A stretch of DNA of 64,000 bases from Atopobiaceae bacterium (GCA_050953285.1 JBMNMK010000002.1:1120844-1184843), one strand, 5' to 3'. Shown: positions 1 to 9,698, counted from the first letter of the stretch. A program made the numbers and translations. The notes: a model not told the origin generated them from the letters alone.

Positions 1-686
1 ATCTCATCCGTTCTGTTGCTGCTCTACAGCACCGCAGCCCTGATGAGGTAAGAAAAACCGCAGGTCCTCAGGCGGCAGATCTCAACATTGCCTACGTGGA
101 AAAACCGGTCTCTGGCATGATCTGTGGCATAGATCTTGAAACCACCGATAAGTATCCCACCAGGGGATATATCCTCAATGTCGGCATGGAGTTTGTCAGG
201 TTAGGACCCAACAGTACAGCAGAAAAGGGCTACGCAGCCTATTGCGGGCTCCCCGATATCTACAGGGAAAAAGGTGTTCCTCTCACAGAGATACACCAGA
301 TTACCTGGGATGATATAGATGGCAAACTCCCCTTCTATGAGAATACTGACCTCCAACAAGCCATCTTACGTGCCCTTGAGACCTTCCCTTATATGGCTCA
401 CAACGCCTCATTTGAAGACTCTTGGCTCATGCTCAACCTTCGAGGATACGCAGAGGCGAGAAAAGCTGGCAAGATCATCCCCATAGACACCTTGGATATA
501 TGCAGACGCATTGATCCTGAATACCGTACCCTTCCCCATGAATCAGGACCAGGTAGGCTTGAAAACTGGGCGCGCAGACGCGGCGTACTGAAAGCAGATG
601 AAAAAGAGCGGCATCTAGGCCTTGAAGATGTCGATCTGATGTTTAAGACCGTTGAGGCAGAATTTAGCCAACGAAACATGTTCTAA
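1..686 (+). CDS. DEDDh-type 3'-5' exonuclease domain protein (DnaQ/RNase T-like); possibly 5'-truncated by the window edge
   Basis: Exo I motif GIDLETTD and Exo II motif AHNASFEDSWL are present in the ORF 96..686. The same frame has no stop back to nt 3, so the true start may lie upstream of the window. Confidence 0.7.
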   Translation, partial: LIRSVAALQHRSPDEVRKTAGPQAADLNIAYVEKPVSGMICGIDLETTDKYPTRGYILNVGMEFVRLGPNSTAEKGYAAYCGLPDIYREKGVPLTEIHQITWDDIDGKLPFYENTDLQQAILRALETFPYMAHNASFEDSWLMLNLRGYAEARKAGKIIPIDTLDICRRIDPEYRTLPHESGPGRLENWARRRGVLKADEKERHLGLEDVDLMFKTVEAEFSQRNMF

Positions 687-720
687 CGGACGTGTAAGGT
701 TTCTTATGCTTCTATGACGA

Positions 721-748
721 TCGTATACAAAGGTTCGTATACAAAGGT
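721..748. repeat. Perfect tandem duplication, 2 x 14 bp (tcgtatacaaaggt)
   Basis: Read directly: 721-734 and 735-748 are identical. The repeat lies in the intergenic region after the exonuclease gene. Confidence 0.9.
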
Positions 749-763
749 ATAAGATATATATGT

Positions 764-794
764 AAGGGCTCGGGAGGCGACTCCCCGAGCCCTT
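764..794. terminator. Hairpin between convergent genes, likely a bidirectional terminator
   Basis: aagggctcgggag-gcga-ctccccgagccctt forms a stem of about 13 bp with one bulge. It sits between the + gene ending at 686 and the - gene ending at 832. Confidence 0.6.
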
Positions 795-831
795 ATAGTT
801 TATGCACGATCATTTATCGATCACATATGCA

Positions 832-1071
832 CTATTTCTGCCAAGCAGCTGCTTCCTTCGCAGAAATTGGTTTGATGTCCTCACCATCTGGATAAGGTGA
901 CTCTGCTCCACCCTGACCAGCTAAGAAGAAAAAGCCAGAGCGATTCTTATACAGTGACTCCTCATATCCTGCAGGATCACCAAACTCGCCAAAGCTCTTG
1001 TGGCCAAGCTCGGTACTCTTGTCCGTGTCATACACGTGACGTTTACCATCAAAAGTCTTCGTCTTGCGCAT
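832..1071 (-). CDS. Small hypothetical protein (79 aa)
   Basis: An internal ATG at 1071 is preceded by GGAG 5 nt upstream. I recognise no domain. Translation: MRKTKTFDGKRHVYDTDKSTELG...GFFFLAGQGGAESPY... Confidence 0.5.
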   Translation of the reverse strand: MRKTKTFDGKRHVYDTDKSTELGHKSFGEFGDPAGYEESLYKNRSGFFFLAGQGGAESPYPDGEDIKPISAKEAAAWQK

Positions 1072-1435
1072 ATCGTCTCCAAACACATACCAATAACTGA
1101 GCATTGTCCTTGCACATGGGCAATACGTGACCTGAATTGCATTTTGACCGTCTTTATGCGCAGGTGCAAGGCCTTTTCACAAAAGTGTTGAGTTCGTAAC
1201 ATTATTTCTTGCGCGCCAACTCAACATGTCGAGCAGATGGTTATTCTAGATCACGTACCACCCATGAACTGGCATTGCGTGATCCAAACAACCCTGACGC
1301 ATGGTAAATGGTACAAACGGTACCTTCTTACAGGCGTTTTTGTAGGAATCTCAATCTTGTTGCAGATCTGCGCTCACTCTCGCTGAGATGGCCGGGCTGC
1401 CATACCATAGAGCACAGATGGAAAGGAGGCACATC

Positions 1436-2284
1436 GTGCATCAACCCTTTGAGGGGCGTACAACAGAAGAGAAGCTCCAAGACTTGAAAGAAGTACTCTC
1501 ACGCTATGATTCGATGGCCGTAGCACTGTCGGGAGGCGTTGACTCAACACTTTTGGCAAAAGTTGCCCATGATGTCTTAGGCAACTCCATGATTGCCATC
1601 ACCTCTGCAAGTGAGTCCGCCCCGCACCAAGACATCCTTGAATCTCAGAAGTTTTGTGCAGATGAGGGCATAGAACAGGTGGTCGTCTCATATTCCGAGC
1701 TCGATATCCCCGGCTTTGCAGATAACCCCACCAACCGGTGCTATCTCTGCAAACAAGAGCTCTTGAAGCAGATGGATAAGGTGTGTCAAACACGAGACAT
1801 ACATACCCTTGCAGAAGGATCCAACCTTGATGATGAAGGGGATTATCGCCCTGGTCTTATGGCTATTGCAGAGCGAGGAGCTGCAAGCCCTTTGAGAGAG
1901 GCACACCTCACCAAACAGGACGTGCGTGATGTATCGCACATGCTTAACCTCAAGACATGGAACAAACCCCAAACGGCGTGTCTTTCTTCTCGCTTTCCGT
2001 ATTGGCAGAAGATCACTCAAGAGAAACTTGAGGCCGTGGGAGAAGCAGAGGCCTATTTACACGCGCTCGGCGTTCAGCAGTGCCGTGTGCGCATCCATGA
2101 TAAACTCGCGCGCATTGAGGTTGAAGCGCCCGATCTGCTCCGCCTGGCACAACCCGATGTACGCACGGGTATCTGTAAGCGCTTCCACGAATTGGGCTTT
2201 GTCTATGTAACGCTTGATCTTGATGGTTTCCGCTCTGGTTCTATGAATGCCGTTTTGCAAGGAGACGCTCATCACACGACCTAA
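1436..2284 (+). CDS. larE: LarE-type ATP-dependent sulfur transferase (PP-loop ATP pyrophosphatase family)
   Basis: PP-loop motif ALSGGVDS and an ACLSSRFPY cysteine motif are present. A GTG at 1436 follows a strong AAGGAGG Shine-Dalgarno. The gene is adjacent to a Ni/Co ECF transporter. Confidence 0.8.
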   Translation: MHQPFEGRTTEEKLQDLKEVLSRYDSMAVALSGGVDSTLLAKVAHDVLGNSMIAITSASESAPHQDILESQKFCADEGIEQVVVSYSELDIPGFADNPTNRCYLCKQELLKQMDKVCQTRDIHTLAEGSNLDDEGDYRPGLMAIAERGAASPLREAHLTKQDVRDVSHMLNLKTWNKPQTACLSSRFPYWQKITQEKLEAVGEAEAYLHALGVQQCRVRIHDKLARIEVEAPDLLRLAQPDVRTGICKRFHELGFVYVTLDLDGFRSGSMNAVLQGDAHHTT

Positions 2285-2315
2285 GCTGCCTGGGTTCAAC
2301 CTTAAAGGAGACACC

Positions 2316-3320
2316 ATGCACATTCCCGAGAATTACCTCAGCCCCGCTACCTGCGCTGTCTTTACTGTAGCGGTGGTTGCTGTGATCAAGCACGCTATCA
2401 CACGCGCCAAACAGGTTCTTCCTCCAGAAAAATTGGCGCTCTTGGGCATCGCCGCTGCCTTTAGCTTTGTCGCTATGATGTTTAACATCCCCTTGCCGGG
2501 CGGTACCACAGGACATGCAACCTGCGGCGTTCTGATTGCCATACTCTTTGGCCCTTGGCCAGCAACCCTCGCTGTGAGTATGACCCTGGCCATCCAAGCA
2601 TTCTTGTTTAGAGACGGCGGCATCCTCTCCCTGGCAGCCAACTGCTTCAACATGGCATTTATCCTGCCCCATGTTGGCTATGCCATCTATAAGCGTGCCT
2701 GCGCGGGATCGGACAACCTGGGACGTGAGCTTGCAGCTGCAGCTATTGGCTCGTATGTCGGTATCAATACCGCTGCTTTGGCCTGCGCACTCGAGCTGGG
2801 CATACAGCCCATGCTCTTCCATGATGCAGCTGGTCAGGCCCTCTATTGCCCCTACCCCATCTCTGTGAGTGTCCCCGCTATGATGGCAGGTCACCTGAGC
2901 GTCTGGGGCGTGGCAGAAGCAACGTTTACCGTGGGCATCTTGGCATTTGTGAGAAAGGTTGCTCCGGACTTCTCAGCTCTTGGCAGCGCCTCCAGCACCG
3001 AAGAAGATAATAAACGTATAGCTACCTGGCCTTTTTCCCTTCTCGGCGCACTGATTGCCCTCTGCCCGCTCGGTCTTATCGCCGAAGGAGATGCATGGGG
3101 AGAGTGGTCGGTGGATACCCTCCAGGAGCTGATAGGATTTGCACCGAGCGGCATAACCAACGGCTGGGAGTGGACAGCATTTGTCCCTGACTACGCCTTT
3201 GGTAATCTGCCTGATATTGTGGGCTATATCCTCTCGGCCGTCATTGGCACAGCACTTTTAGTGCTCTTCTTCCGGCTGGTAGCAAAAGCGCAAAAGCCGA
3301 AGGTCAGCTTTGAGCAGTAA
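2316..3320 (+). CDS. cbiM: ECF transporter substrate-capture component, CbiM/NikM family, with a C-terminal CbiN/PDGLE-like extension
   Basis: N-terminus MHIPENYLSP is typical of CbiM/NikM. The protein is multi-TM, with an extra C-terminal soluble segment plus a terminal TM. AAAGGAG precedes the ATG at 2316. Confidence 0.85.
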   Translation: MHIPENYLSPATCAVFTVAVVAVIKHAITRAKQVLPPEKLALLGIAAAFSFVAMMFNIPLPGGTTGHATCGVLIAILFGPWPATLAVSMTLAIQAFLFRDGGILSLAANCFNMAFILPHVGYAIYKRACAGSDNLGRELAAAAIGSYVGINTAALACALELGIQPMLFHDAAGQALYCPYPISVSVPAMMAGHLSVWGVAEATFTVGILAFVRKVAPDFSALGSASSTEEDNKRIATWPFSLLGALIALCPLGLIAEGDAWGEWSVDTLQELIGFAPSGITNGWEWTAFVPDYAFGNLPDIVGYILSAVIGTALLVLFFRLVAKAQKPKVSFEQ

Positions 3321-4140
3321 GTACGACGCGCATAATCTTCCTGCATGGATGTGCGTGCAGGAAGATTATGTTGCTCCGCACTATAAGGATGGCTTCATCG
3401 CAAAGGGCATACTGTCCTTTGCCTCCATCTTGGCGAGATTTAGGCTCGACGATTCCCGCGGCTCACGCTATGCGCCGCCAACCGCGCTTGCCTTGGTCGG
3501 CATGTGCGTCTCAATCCTGATGATTTCTTTGAGCAACAACTTCATCTTCACCGCGGTTTTTCTCGCCATCAACCTGGTCAGGATGTGTCTTTTGCCCTCA
3601 AAGCACCTGGCACGCGTGCTGAAGCCGTCTCTTGTCGCTGCGCTCATTGCACTTACCACGACGCTCCCCAGCATTTTTCTTGGACAGTACGCTTCCCCGG
3701 TGCTGATTACTTCAAAAGTTTTTGTGACAACATCGCTCGTGCTGCTTACCTCTGAGGCCTACCCTTCCCACGTGCTCACCGCTTCGCTCAGGTTGCTGGG
3801 CGTGACCAACAGCGTGATCTTCCTTTTTGACCTCACGCTCAGAAATATCGTGCGATTAGGTGAGATAGCCCGCCGGATGCTTGAAGCGTTGAGTGTAAGG
3901 AGCATTGGTCATATGCGCGATAAGACCCTGTCGCTGGGAGGCATTGCCGCTACGCTCTTCTTCAAGGCCAACAAAGCAGCAACGGAGGCACATGAGGCAA
4001 TGGTGTGCCGCGGCTTTGTGGGCACCTACCCCACCTATCGCATGCACTTCTCGCGCAAAGACCTGGTGATAAGTATTCTATACTGCACGTATCTTGCTGC
4101 ATTAGGCGCACTTTTTATATATACGCAAGGATTGGTATGA
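3310..4140 (+). CDS. cbiQ: ECF transporter transmembrane component (CbiQ/EcfT family)
   Basis: Multi-TM protein with Ala-Arg-Gly-like signatures (EALSVRS, AMVCRGF). It overlaps the cbiM stop and lies between cbiM and an ABC ATPase. The start (TTG at 3310 or a later ATG) is uncertain. Confidence 0.7.
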   Translation: MSSKYDAHNLPAWMCVQEDYVAPHYKDGFIAKGILSFASILARFRLDDSRGSRYAPPTALALVGMCVSILMISLSNNFIFTAVFLAINLVRMCLLPSKHLARVLKPSLVAALIALTTTLPSIFLGQYASPVLITSKVFVTTSLVLLTSEAYPSHVLTASLRLLGVTNSVIFLFDLTLRNIVRLGEIARRMLEALSVRSIGHMRDKTLSLGGIAATLFFKANKAATEAHEAMVCRGFVGTYPTYRMHFSRKDLVISILYCTYLAALGALFIYTQGLV

Positions 4141-4895
4141 CCCATATTTCATCGCATGAAGAAGCGCTCCATAACCCCCATAAGAACGCGGATGCCTCGC
4201 CGCTCATTGTGCTCGACAATTTCTGCGTGGCGCTCGACGGGCGCGCCGTGCTCAGGCATGTTGATTTAAGTATTTATGCCGGCGAATGCGTGGTGCTCAT
4301 GGGAGATAATGGCTCGGGCAAAACGTCCCTCTTGCGCGCGTTGGCGGGGCTTATTTGGGCAGATCAGGGTACTTATACGTTTCTTGGTAAGGCAATCGAC
4401 AAGAAGAGTATGCGCGCGCAGGCGCTCTCCAAGTGGCTCCACCAGAAGCTGGGCTTCGTGTTTCAGGATTCTGATGCGCAACTGTTTTGTGCCTCGGTTG
4501 AAGATGAGATTGCCTTCGGTCCGCGACAGATGGGACTGACCGAAGAAGACGTGTCGCAGCGCGTGACAGATGTTGCCAAACTCCTGCATATTGAAGACCT
4601 GATTGAGCGCGCCCCCTACAATCTTTCGGGTGGCGAGAAGAAAAAAGTTGCGCTGGCAACGGTGCTGGCAACCAATCCCGACGTCTATTGCTTGGATGAG
4701 CCCATGGCTGGCCTGGACAAAAAGACGCAGACATGGCTGCTTGCAACCCTGATTGATCTCAAGAGCGCGGGCAAGACCATCATCATCTCCACCCACGATC
4801 AAACCTTGGCAGACGAACTGGCAGATTGGTTTGTCTACGTAGGCGATTTTCACGGCTACGAGAATCGGCCTCATGTGCATATAAACCAGTCATAG
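4138..4895 (+). CDS. cbiO: ECF transporter ATP-binding protein (CbiO/EcfA family)
   Basis: Walker A GDNGSGKTS, ABC signature LSGGEKKK and Walker B YCLDEP. The ATG at 4138 overlaps the cbiQ stop. Confidence 0.85.
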
Positions 4896-5050
4896 ATGCC
4901 GCTACATAATAAGAATTCTCTCATCATTTGGGAGATTTGTGCTGTGTCTGCACGATATGCCAAAAACGTGGTTATATGGTTGAGGTTTCACCACTATAGT
5001 ATGGTGACGTGCAAACGACCTCTCTGGTGAATCGTGTTTTGGGGAGACAC

Positions 5051-5992
5051 ATGGCTACCAAATGCAATATCGTCGCAGATTCTTGCTGTGACTTTTCTCT
5101 TGAAGAGATTGAACAGGCGGGCATTTCCTATCTGTCATTTACCTATACAGAGGCCGATAAGAACAACGGCTTTGCAGGCGTTGATGATCTGTTTCAGTCG
5201 CGCTCTGCCCATGAGTTCTATTCGGCCATCGCCCAAGGTGCTCACCCGCTCACCTCTCAACCCTCGCAGATTGTCTACGAGCAGGCCTTTGAGAAGGCCC
5301 TTGCCTCTGGCGTGCCCACCGTTTTCTTCTGTCTCTCAAGCGGCATCTCTGGCGCGTACAACGGTGCGCTCACGGCACTTGAGCGCGTAAAAGAGCAGCA
5401 CGGAGGAACGCTTTCGGTACCCATTTATGTGGTGGATTGCCTGGTTGGCTCTACCACAGAGAACCTTTTCATGCACGCGGCCATCCAAAAGCGCGATCAA
5501 GGCTTGAGCGCAGAAGAGCTGGTGGCGTGGGCAGAAGAGGCTCGCTTTCACCTGCACACCATCTTTATGGTGGACAACCTTGATGCCCTGCACAGAGGCG
5601 GCAGAATCCCTAAATCTGTGGCCGTCGTGGGAGGCATTCTGGACGTGAAGCCGCTTCTGACCTTTAACCTGGACGGCTCACTTGCCATCATGGGCGCAGC
5701 GCGCGGTCGCACCAAGGCCATCAAGAAGATGGCGGCGTTTTATGAAGCATTCCACGACAGTACGCAATACGGCCACGTGGTGGCGCTGGGCAATGCTGAC
5801 AGCGCACATGAAGCACAAAGCCTTGAAGATCTTCTCGTCAAAAACGATCCTGGACTTACCCGCTACACCTCAACCATCGGTCCTACCATCGGCTGCCATG
5901 TGGGGCCGGGCATGTTCTCCTGCTGCTTCTGGGGCAAAGACCGAAGGATAGACGCCTACAACGATGCCAAGAACAAAGGTCGCGTGAAATAG
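5051..5992 (+). CDS. DegV family fatty-acid-binding protein
   Basis: The N-terminus IVADSCCDF and the LSSGISGAYN and GRIPK motifs are typical of DegV. Confidence 0.85.
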   Translation: MATKCNIVADSCCDFSLEEIEQAGISYLSFTYTEADKNNGFAGVDDLFQSRSAHEFYSAIAQGAHPLTSQPSQIVYEQAFEKALASGVPTVFFCLSSGISGAYNGALTALERVKEQHGGTLSVPIYVVDCLVGSTTENLFMHAAIQKRDQGLSAEELVAWAEEARFHLHTIFMVDNLDALHRGGRIPKSVAVVGGILDVKPLLTFNLDGSLAIMGAARGRTKAIKKMAAFYEAFHDSTQYGHVVALGNADSAHEAQSLEDLLVKNDPGLTRYTSTIGPTIGCHVGPGMFSCCFWGKDRRIDAYNDAKNKGRVK

Positions 5993-6070
5993 GCTGGCCA
6001 CTGGGCTGCGCGGCCGTAGCGCATGGCCGCGCAGACTGACGTGTCCCGCTCACACAACGCACCAGGTACG

Positions 6071-6104
6071 AAAAAGGAGCACCCCACAGGAGTGCTCCTT
6101 TTTT
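6071..6104. terminator. Bidirectional intrinsic terminator
   Basis: aaaaaGGAGCACcccacaggaGTGCTCCtttttt has A- and T-tracts on both sides. It lies between the convergent DegV and symporter genes. A second 10-bp GC hairpin is at 6006-6034. Confidence 0.7.
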
Positions 6105-6123
6105 GCAGGTTCTTCTCGCCCGC

Positions 6124-7572
6124 TTACTTGCGCTTGATAGCAGGTACATCTATGTGCTCGTAGCGATCAGGATCTCCCTGCTCGCCGATCTCTGTGGGAC
6201 TTCCCTTAGCAGAAAACGCGTCCGCATCCACCGGCTCAGGATTTTCTCCCAAGGCCTCGGTATCCAGCGCATCCACGTTGTCGTTCTTGAATATGTCACG
6301 GTCCAGATAGCCCGTGAGCTGGGCCATGATGGTAGTCACCACGGCGTCGCCCGTGATGTTGATAGCGGTGCGACCCATATCCAGCAGGCGGTCAATGCCC
6401 ATGATCATGCCCACGCCTTCCGCTGGCAGACCGACGGAGTTGAAAACCATGGCCAGCATGATGGTGCCCACGCCCGGCACGCCTGCCGTACCAATAGATG
6501 CCGTCACCGCCGTCACCACCGTCATGAGCAGCATGGCCGGGGTGAGCGTAATGCCAAACGCCTGGGCGATAAACACCACGGCCACGCCCTGCATGATGGC
6601 CGTACCGTCCATGTTGATGGTTGCGCCCAAAGGAATGGTGAATGCAGCAATTTTCTTATCGACACCAATGCGCTGCTCAAGCGTTTCCATGTTGAGCGGG
6701 ATTGTGGCGTTAGAGGAGCTCGTTGAGAACGCAAAGACCATGACCGGCCAGAATTTCCGCAGGAAATGGAAGGGGTTGAGACGGGTGAATGCCAACAGCA
6801 GCAGCATGTAGACCAGCAGAAGTTGCACCGCAAGCCCTAGATAGACCGTTGCCACAAAGGCTATCATCGGCAGGATGCCCGAGATGCCCAAGTTGGCAAA
6901 CGTCCTGCTGATCAGACAGAAAATGCCCAGAGGTGCCACCTTCAACACGAGCGAGATCATCTTCATCATAACGGCGTTGAACTGCGAGAAGAACCTGTTG
7001 ACCGTGGCTACCTTCTTACCCAGACGCCCCAGGATGAAGCCCAAAATGAGCGCGAAGAAGATCACCTGCAGCATGGAGCCCTCAGACATGGCGCTCACGA
7101 TGTTGGTTGGCACAATGTTCACGAGGACATCTTGAAAGCTCTGGTCCATAGCGGTCGAACCTGGCTCCACACTTACCACAGATCCCAGGTCAAGGCCTAC
7201 GCCAGGCCTCAAGACCGTGCCCAACGCCAGTGCAATGATAACTGCCAAAGCCGTGGTAAACAGGTACATGATAATGGTGCCCGCACCCACTTTACCCAGC
7301 ATCTTTGGGTCAGAAATTGATGCGGCGCCCACCACGATCGAGCAGAACACCAAAGGGATGACCAGCATCTGCATGAGCCGGATGAACCACTGGCCAAATA
7401 CATAGAAGATGCCCTCAATCAGCACATTATCAACAATTGAACCATCTGAAACGCACACGCTCAGAATGATGCCCGTAATGATGCCTACGACGAGAGAAAT
7501 AAGTATTCTTGATGTCAGGCCAGCGCCTTTGCGAGAAGACGTTTCTGCAGCTACTCCCATATCCCACCTCAA
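6124..7572 (-). CDS. Dicarboxylate/amino acid:cation symporter (DAACS / GltP family)
   Basis: 482-aa polytopic protein with family motifs such as SSSNATIP, DGTAIMQG and DRLLDMGRTAINITGD. Confidence 0.9.
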   Translation of the reverse strand: MRWDMGVAAETSSRKGAGLTSRILISLVVGIITGIILSVCVSDGSIVDNVLIEGIFYVFGQWFIRLMQMLVIPLVFCSIVVGAASISDPKMLGKVGAGTIIMYLFTTALAVIIALALGTVLRPGVGLDLGSVVSVEPGSTAMDQSFQDVLVNIVPTNIVSAMSEGSMLQVIFFALILGFILGRLGKKVATVNRFFSQFNAVMMKMISLVLKVAPLGIFCLISRTFANLGISGILPMIAFVATVYLGLAVQLLLVYMLLLLAFTRLNPFHFLRKFWPVMVFAFSTSSSNATIPLNMETLEQRIGVDKKIAAFTIPLGATINMDGTAIMQGVAVVFIAQAFGITLTPAMLLMTVVTAVTASIGTAGVPGVGTIMLAMVFNSVGLPAEGVGMIMGIDRLLDMGRTAINITGDAVVTTIMAQLTGYLDRDIFKNDNVDALDTEALGENPEPVDADAFSAKGSPTEIGEQGDPDRYEHIDVPAIKRK

Positions 7573-7715
7573 TCACAAATGTATATAAGTGCATGTGTGT
7601 ACGATTTTATGCTATAGGTAATCGCTGGTTCGCCGCAAAATACACGCAAAAATATGCCAAGTCTTCTCCGTGCTGTAACACGGTGCTCACGTGTCTTGCC
7701 GCCCCAAGACCATAA

Positions 7716-8861
7716 CTCTCCGTTAGACCAGCGTTGACGTAATAATGTCCCGTCCCCGCCCTAGGATGAATGTCGCCAAACATCAACATCGAAGAGACGG
7801 GGACGGGATGCTGGACATCATACTCCATGAGATGGAGGGGCTCTCCCTCGGGGAGAAGCGTGAGCTCATCTGTGCCACGAAGGCGGCGGTCGCGCGCGAG
7901 CTTGGCAAGCAGGCAGATGGCGCGACGCCCAGATCATGCCCCCGGTGCGGCTCTTCCTCCTTCATCAGGAAAGGGCACAATGCCGACGGCTCCCAGCGCT
8001 GGCTCTGCAAGGGGTGCGGGAGGACGTTCTCGTCCAAGAGCAGGGGCCTGCTCGCCGCCTCGAAGCTCGATGCCACGACCTGGGCGCTCTTCGTGGAAGC
8101 AACGCTTTCGGGCTCAAGCCTGAGGCAGTGCGCGAAGACGTGCCATGTGTGCCTCAGGACCTCCTGGTTCATGCGCATGAGACTCTGCGAGGTCATGGCG
8201 CGCTCGCTTCTCGCCTTCAGGACCGGACCTTCGGTCTCCTGGCAGGTAGACGGCGCCTACCTCGACGAGTCCCTCACGGGAAACAGGGCAAGGAGTGCTG
8301 CCAAGATGCCGAGGAAGCCTCACAAGCACGGCGGCGCCGTCCATGCGCGCGGCATCTCCAACCTCAAGGTCTGCGTCATCTGCGGAGCCAATGATGCCGG
8401 AGACGAGCTCTGCCGCGTGGCCGACAGGGGAAGGCCGAAGGATGAGGCCCTGAGAGACGCCATCAAGGGTCTCGGTCCTGGCACCTGGGTGGCGACCGAC
8501 GCCCATCAGGGCTACAAGCGCGTGCTTCCCGCCCTCGGCATCACCGAGCATGCCGCCACCGACACGCGCCTGCAGAAGGACGGCGAGCTTGGCATGGTCA
8601 ACGCGATGCACCAGAGGCTGCGCATCTTCCTTGCCCCATTCCACGGCGTATCCACCAAGTGGCTGGACCACTACCTCTCCTGGTTCCTTTGGCTCGAGCA
8701 GGCAAGGCGCTCGGACGCAGACGGGCTTCAGACGCTTTCCGGCCAGAGCGCCTGCGGCTTCTACGAGCATACGAGGCGCCAGATGATCGATCGTCCCCAG
8801 CCCTTCTGGGACTATTGGCAACGGCAGGGAGCGGCTACGTCAATGCTGGTCTAACAGAGAG
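7716..8861 (+). mobile_element. IS1595-family insertion sequence (1146 bp) with terminal inverted repeats and an 8-bp target-site duplication
   Basis: IRL 7716-7742 (ctctccgttagaccagcgttgacgtaa) matches the reverse complement of IRR 8835-8861 at 24 of 27 positions. Identical GACCATAA copies flank it at 7708-7715 and 8862-8869. It holds a single transposase ORF. Confidence 0.85.
7745..8854 (+). CDS. IS1595-family transposase (N-terminal zinc ribbon plus ISXO2-like DDE domain)
   Basis: Zinc ribbon CPRCGSSSF...WLCKGCGRTF is followed by a DDE-type domain. The ORF fills the IS. The start may instead be the internal ATG at 7808 (MLDIILHE). Confidence 0.85.
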   Translation: MSRPRPRMNVAKHQHRRDGDGMLDIILHEMEGLSLGEKRELICATKAAVARELGKQADGATPRSCPRCGSSSFIRKGHNADGSQRWLCKGCGRTFSSKSRGLLAASKLDATTWALFVEATLSGSSLRQCAKTCHVCLRTSWFMRMRLCEVMARSLLAFRTGPSVSWQVDGAYLDESLTGNRARSAAKMPRKPHKHGGAVHARGISNLKVCVICGANDAGDELCRVADRGRPKDEALRDAIKGLGPGTWVATDAHQGYKRVLPALGITEHAATDTRLQKDGELGMVNAMHQRLRIFLAPFHGVSTKWLDHYLSWFLWLEQARRSDADGLQTLSGQSACGFYEHTRRQMIDRPQPFWDYWQRQGAATSMLV

Positions 8862-8911
8862 GACCATAAAAACCAGATGCTAGAATATCCGCGTACGCAC
8901 AACAGAAAAGG

Positions 8912-9643
8912 ATGAACATGAACGAGAGCAACGCACCGACCGCATCGGTTGCACCGGCCACACCGGCCACACAGGCTGTGCCCCAGGCGCTTGAGGCTGT
9001 TATCTTTGACATGGACGGCCTCATGATTGATTCCGAGAGCATCTGGACGGCGGCGTGGGAGCCAACGCTGGCAGAATTTGGCATCCATGAAATTCCGGAG
9101 GGGCTGCCCGACGCATGCCGCGGAACCGCTGGCCCCACGCAGGTGGCACAGATTGAGAAGTACCTGGGCACCGCCGTGGACGCAGCCGCCATATCCCAGC
9201 GCCTTGAAGAAATAGGCGAGAAGAACGTGATTGAGCAAGCCACCAAGAAGCCGGGGCTGGATGAGCTTCTCGCCTATCTGCGCCAGATGAGGGTGCCACT
9301 TGCTGTCGCAAGCTCCGCCACACTGGAGCGCATCGACGTGCAGCTTGATCGGCTGGGGCTGACCTCCTATTTTGCGGAGCGCGTGAGCGGGCATGATCTG
9401 GCACACCCCAAGCCAGCGCCGGACGTGTTTTTGCTGGCTGCCAAGCGCCTTGGTGCGGCGCCTCATGCGAGCATGGTGCTTGAGGATTCACTGGCAGGTA
9501 TTGCGGCGGCGCATGCAGGAGGTTTTATGCCGGTTATGGTGCCAGATCTGGTGGCGCCAACAAGCGTGGCTCGCGCGCAGGCATATGTCATCTGTCACGA
9601 TCTTCTGGAAGTGAAAGCGCTCATAGCCGAACGGTGGGGCTAA
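8912..9643 (+). CDS. HAD-superfamily hydrolase (beta-phosphoglucomutase-like, subfamily IA)
   Basis: Motif I FDMDGLMIDSE, plus later KPAPDVF and EDSLAGIAAA motifs. Confidence 0.85.
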   Translation: MNMNESNAPTASVAPATPATQAVPQALEAVIFDMDGLMIDSESIWTAAWEPTLAEFGIHEIPEGLPDACRGTAGPTQVAQIEKYLGTAVDAAAISQRLEEIGEKNVIEQATKKPGLDELLAYLRQMRVPLAVASSATLERIDVQLDRLGLTSYFAERVSGHDLAHPKPAPDVFLLAAKRLGAAPHASMVLEDSLAGIAAAHAGGFMPVMVPDLVAPTSVARAQAYVICHDLLEVKALIAERWG

Positions 9644-9698
9644 GGCGCCGGGGCCAGCGCAAGGTCCAGCGCAGTGTTCAACACGAGTTCAACTCACG

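Noticed and set aside
6103-6811. Long ORFs antisense to, or out of frame with, recognised genes. Examples: 6103-6726 and 6314-6811 (symporter), 26077-27000 (FAD oxidoreductase), 36893-37744 (feoB), 42216-43187 (livG). Further examples: 49781-50470 and 50371-51193 (rho), 53123-54127 (argS), 55317-55823 (pncB).
   Set aside because: They overlap genes with clear family motifs and have low-complexity, Arg/His/Cys-rich translations with no recognisable domains. They are the shadow ORFs expected in GC-rich coding DNA.
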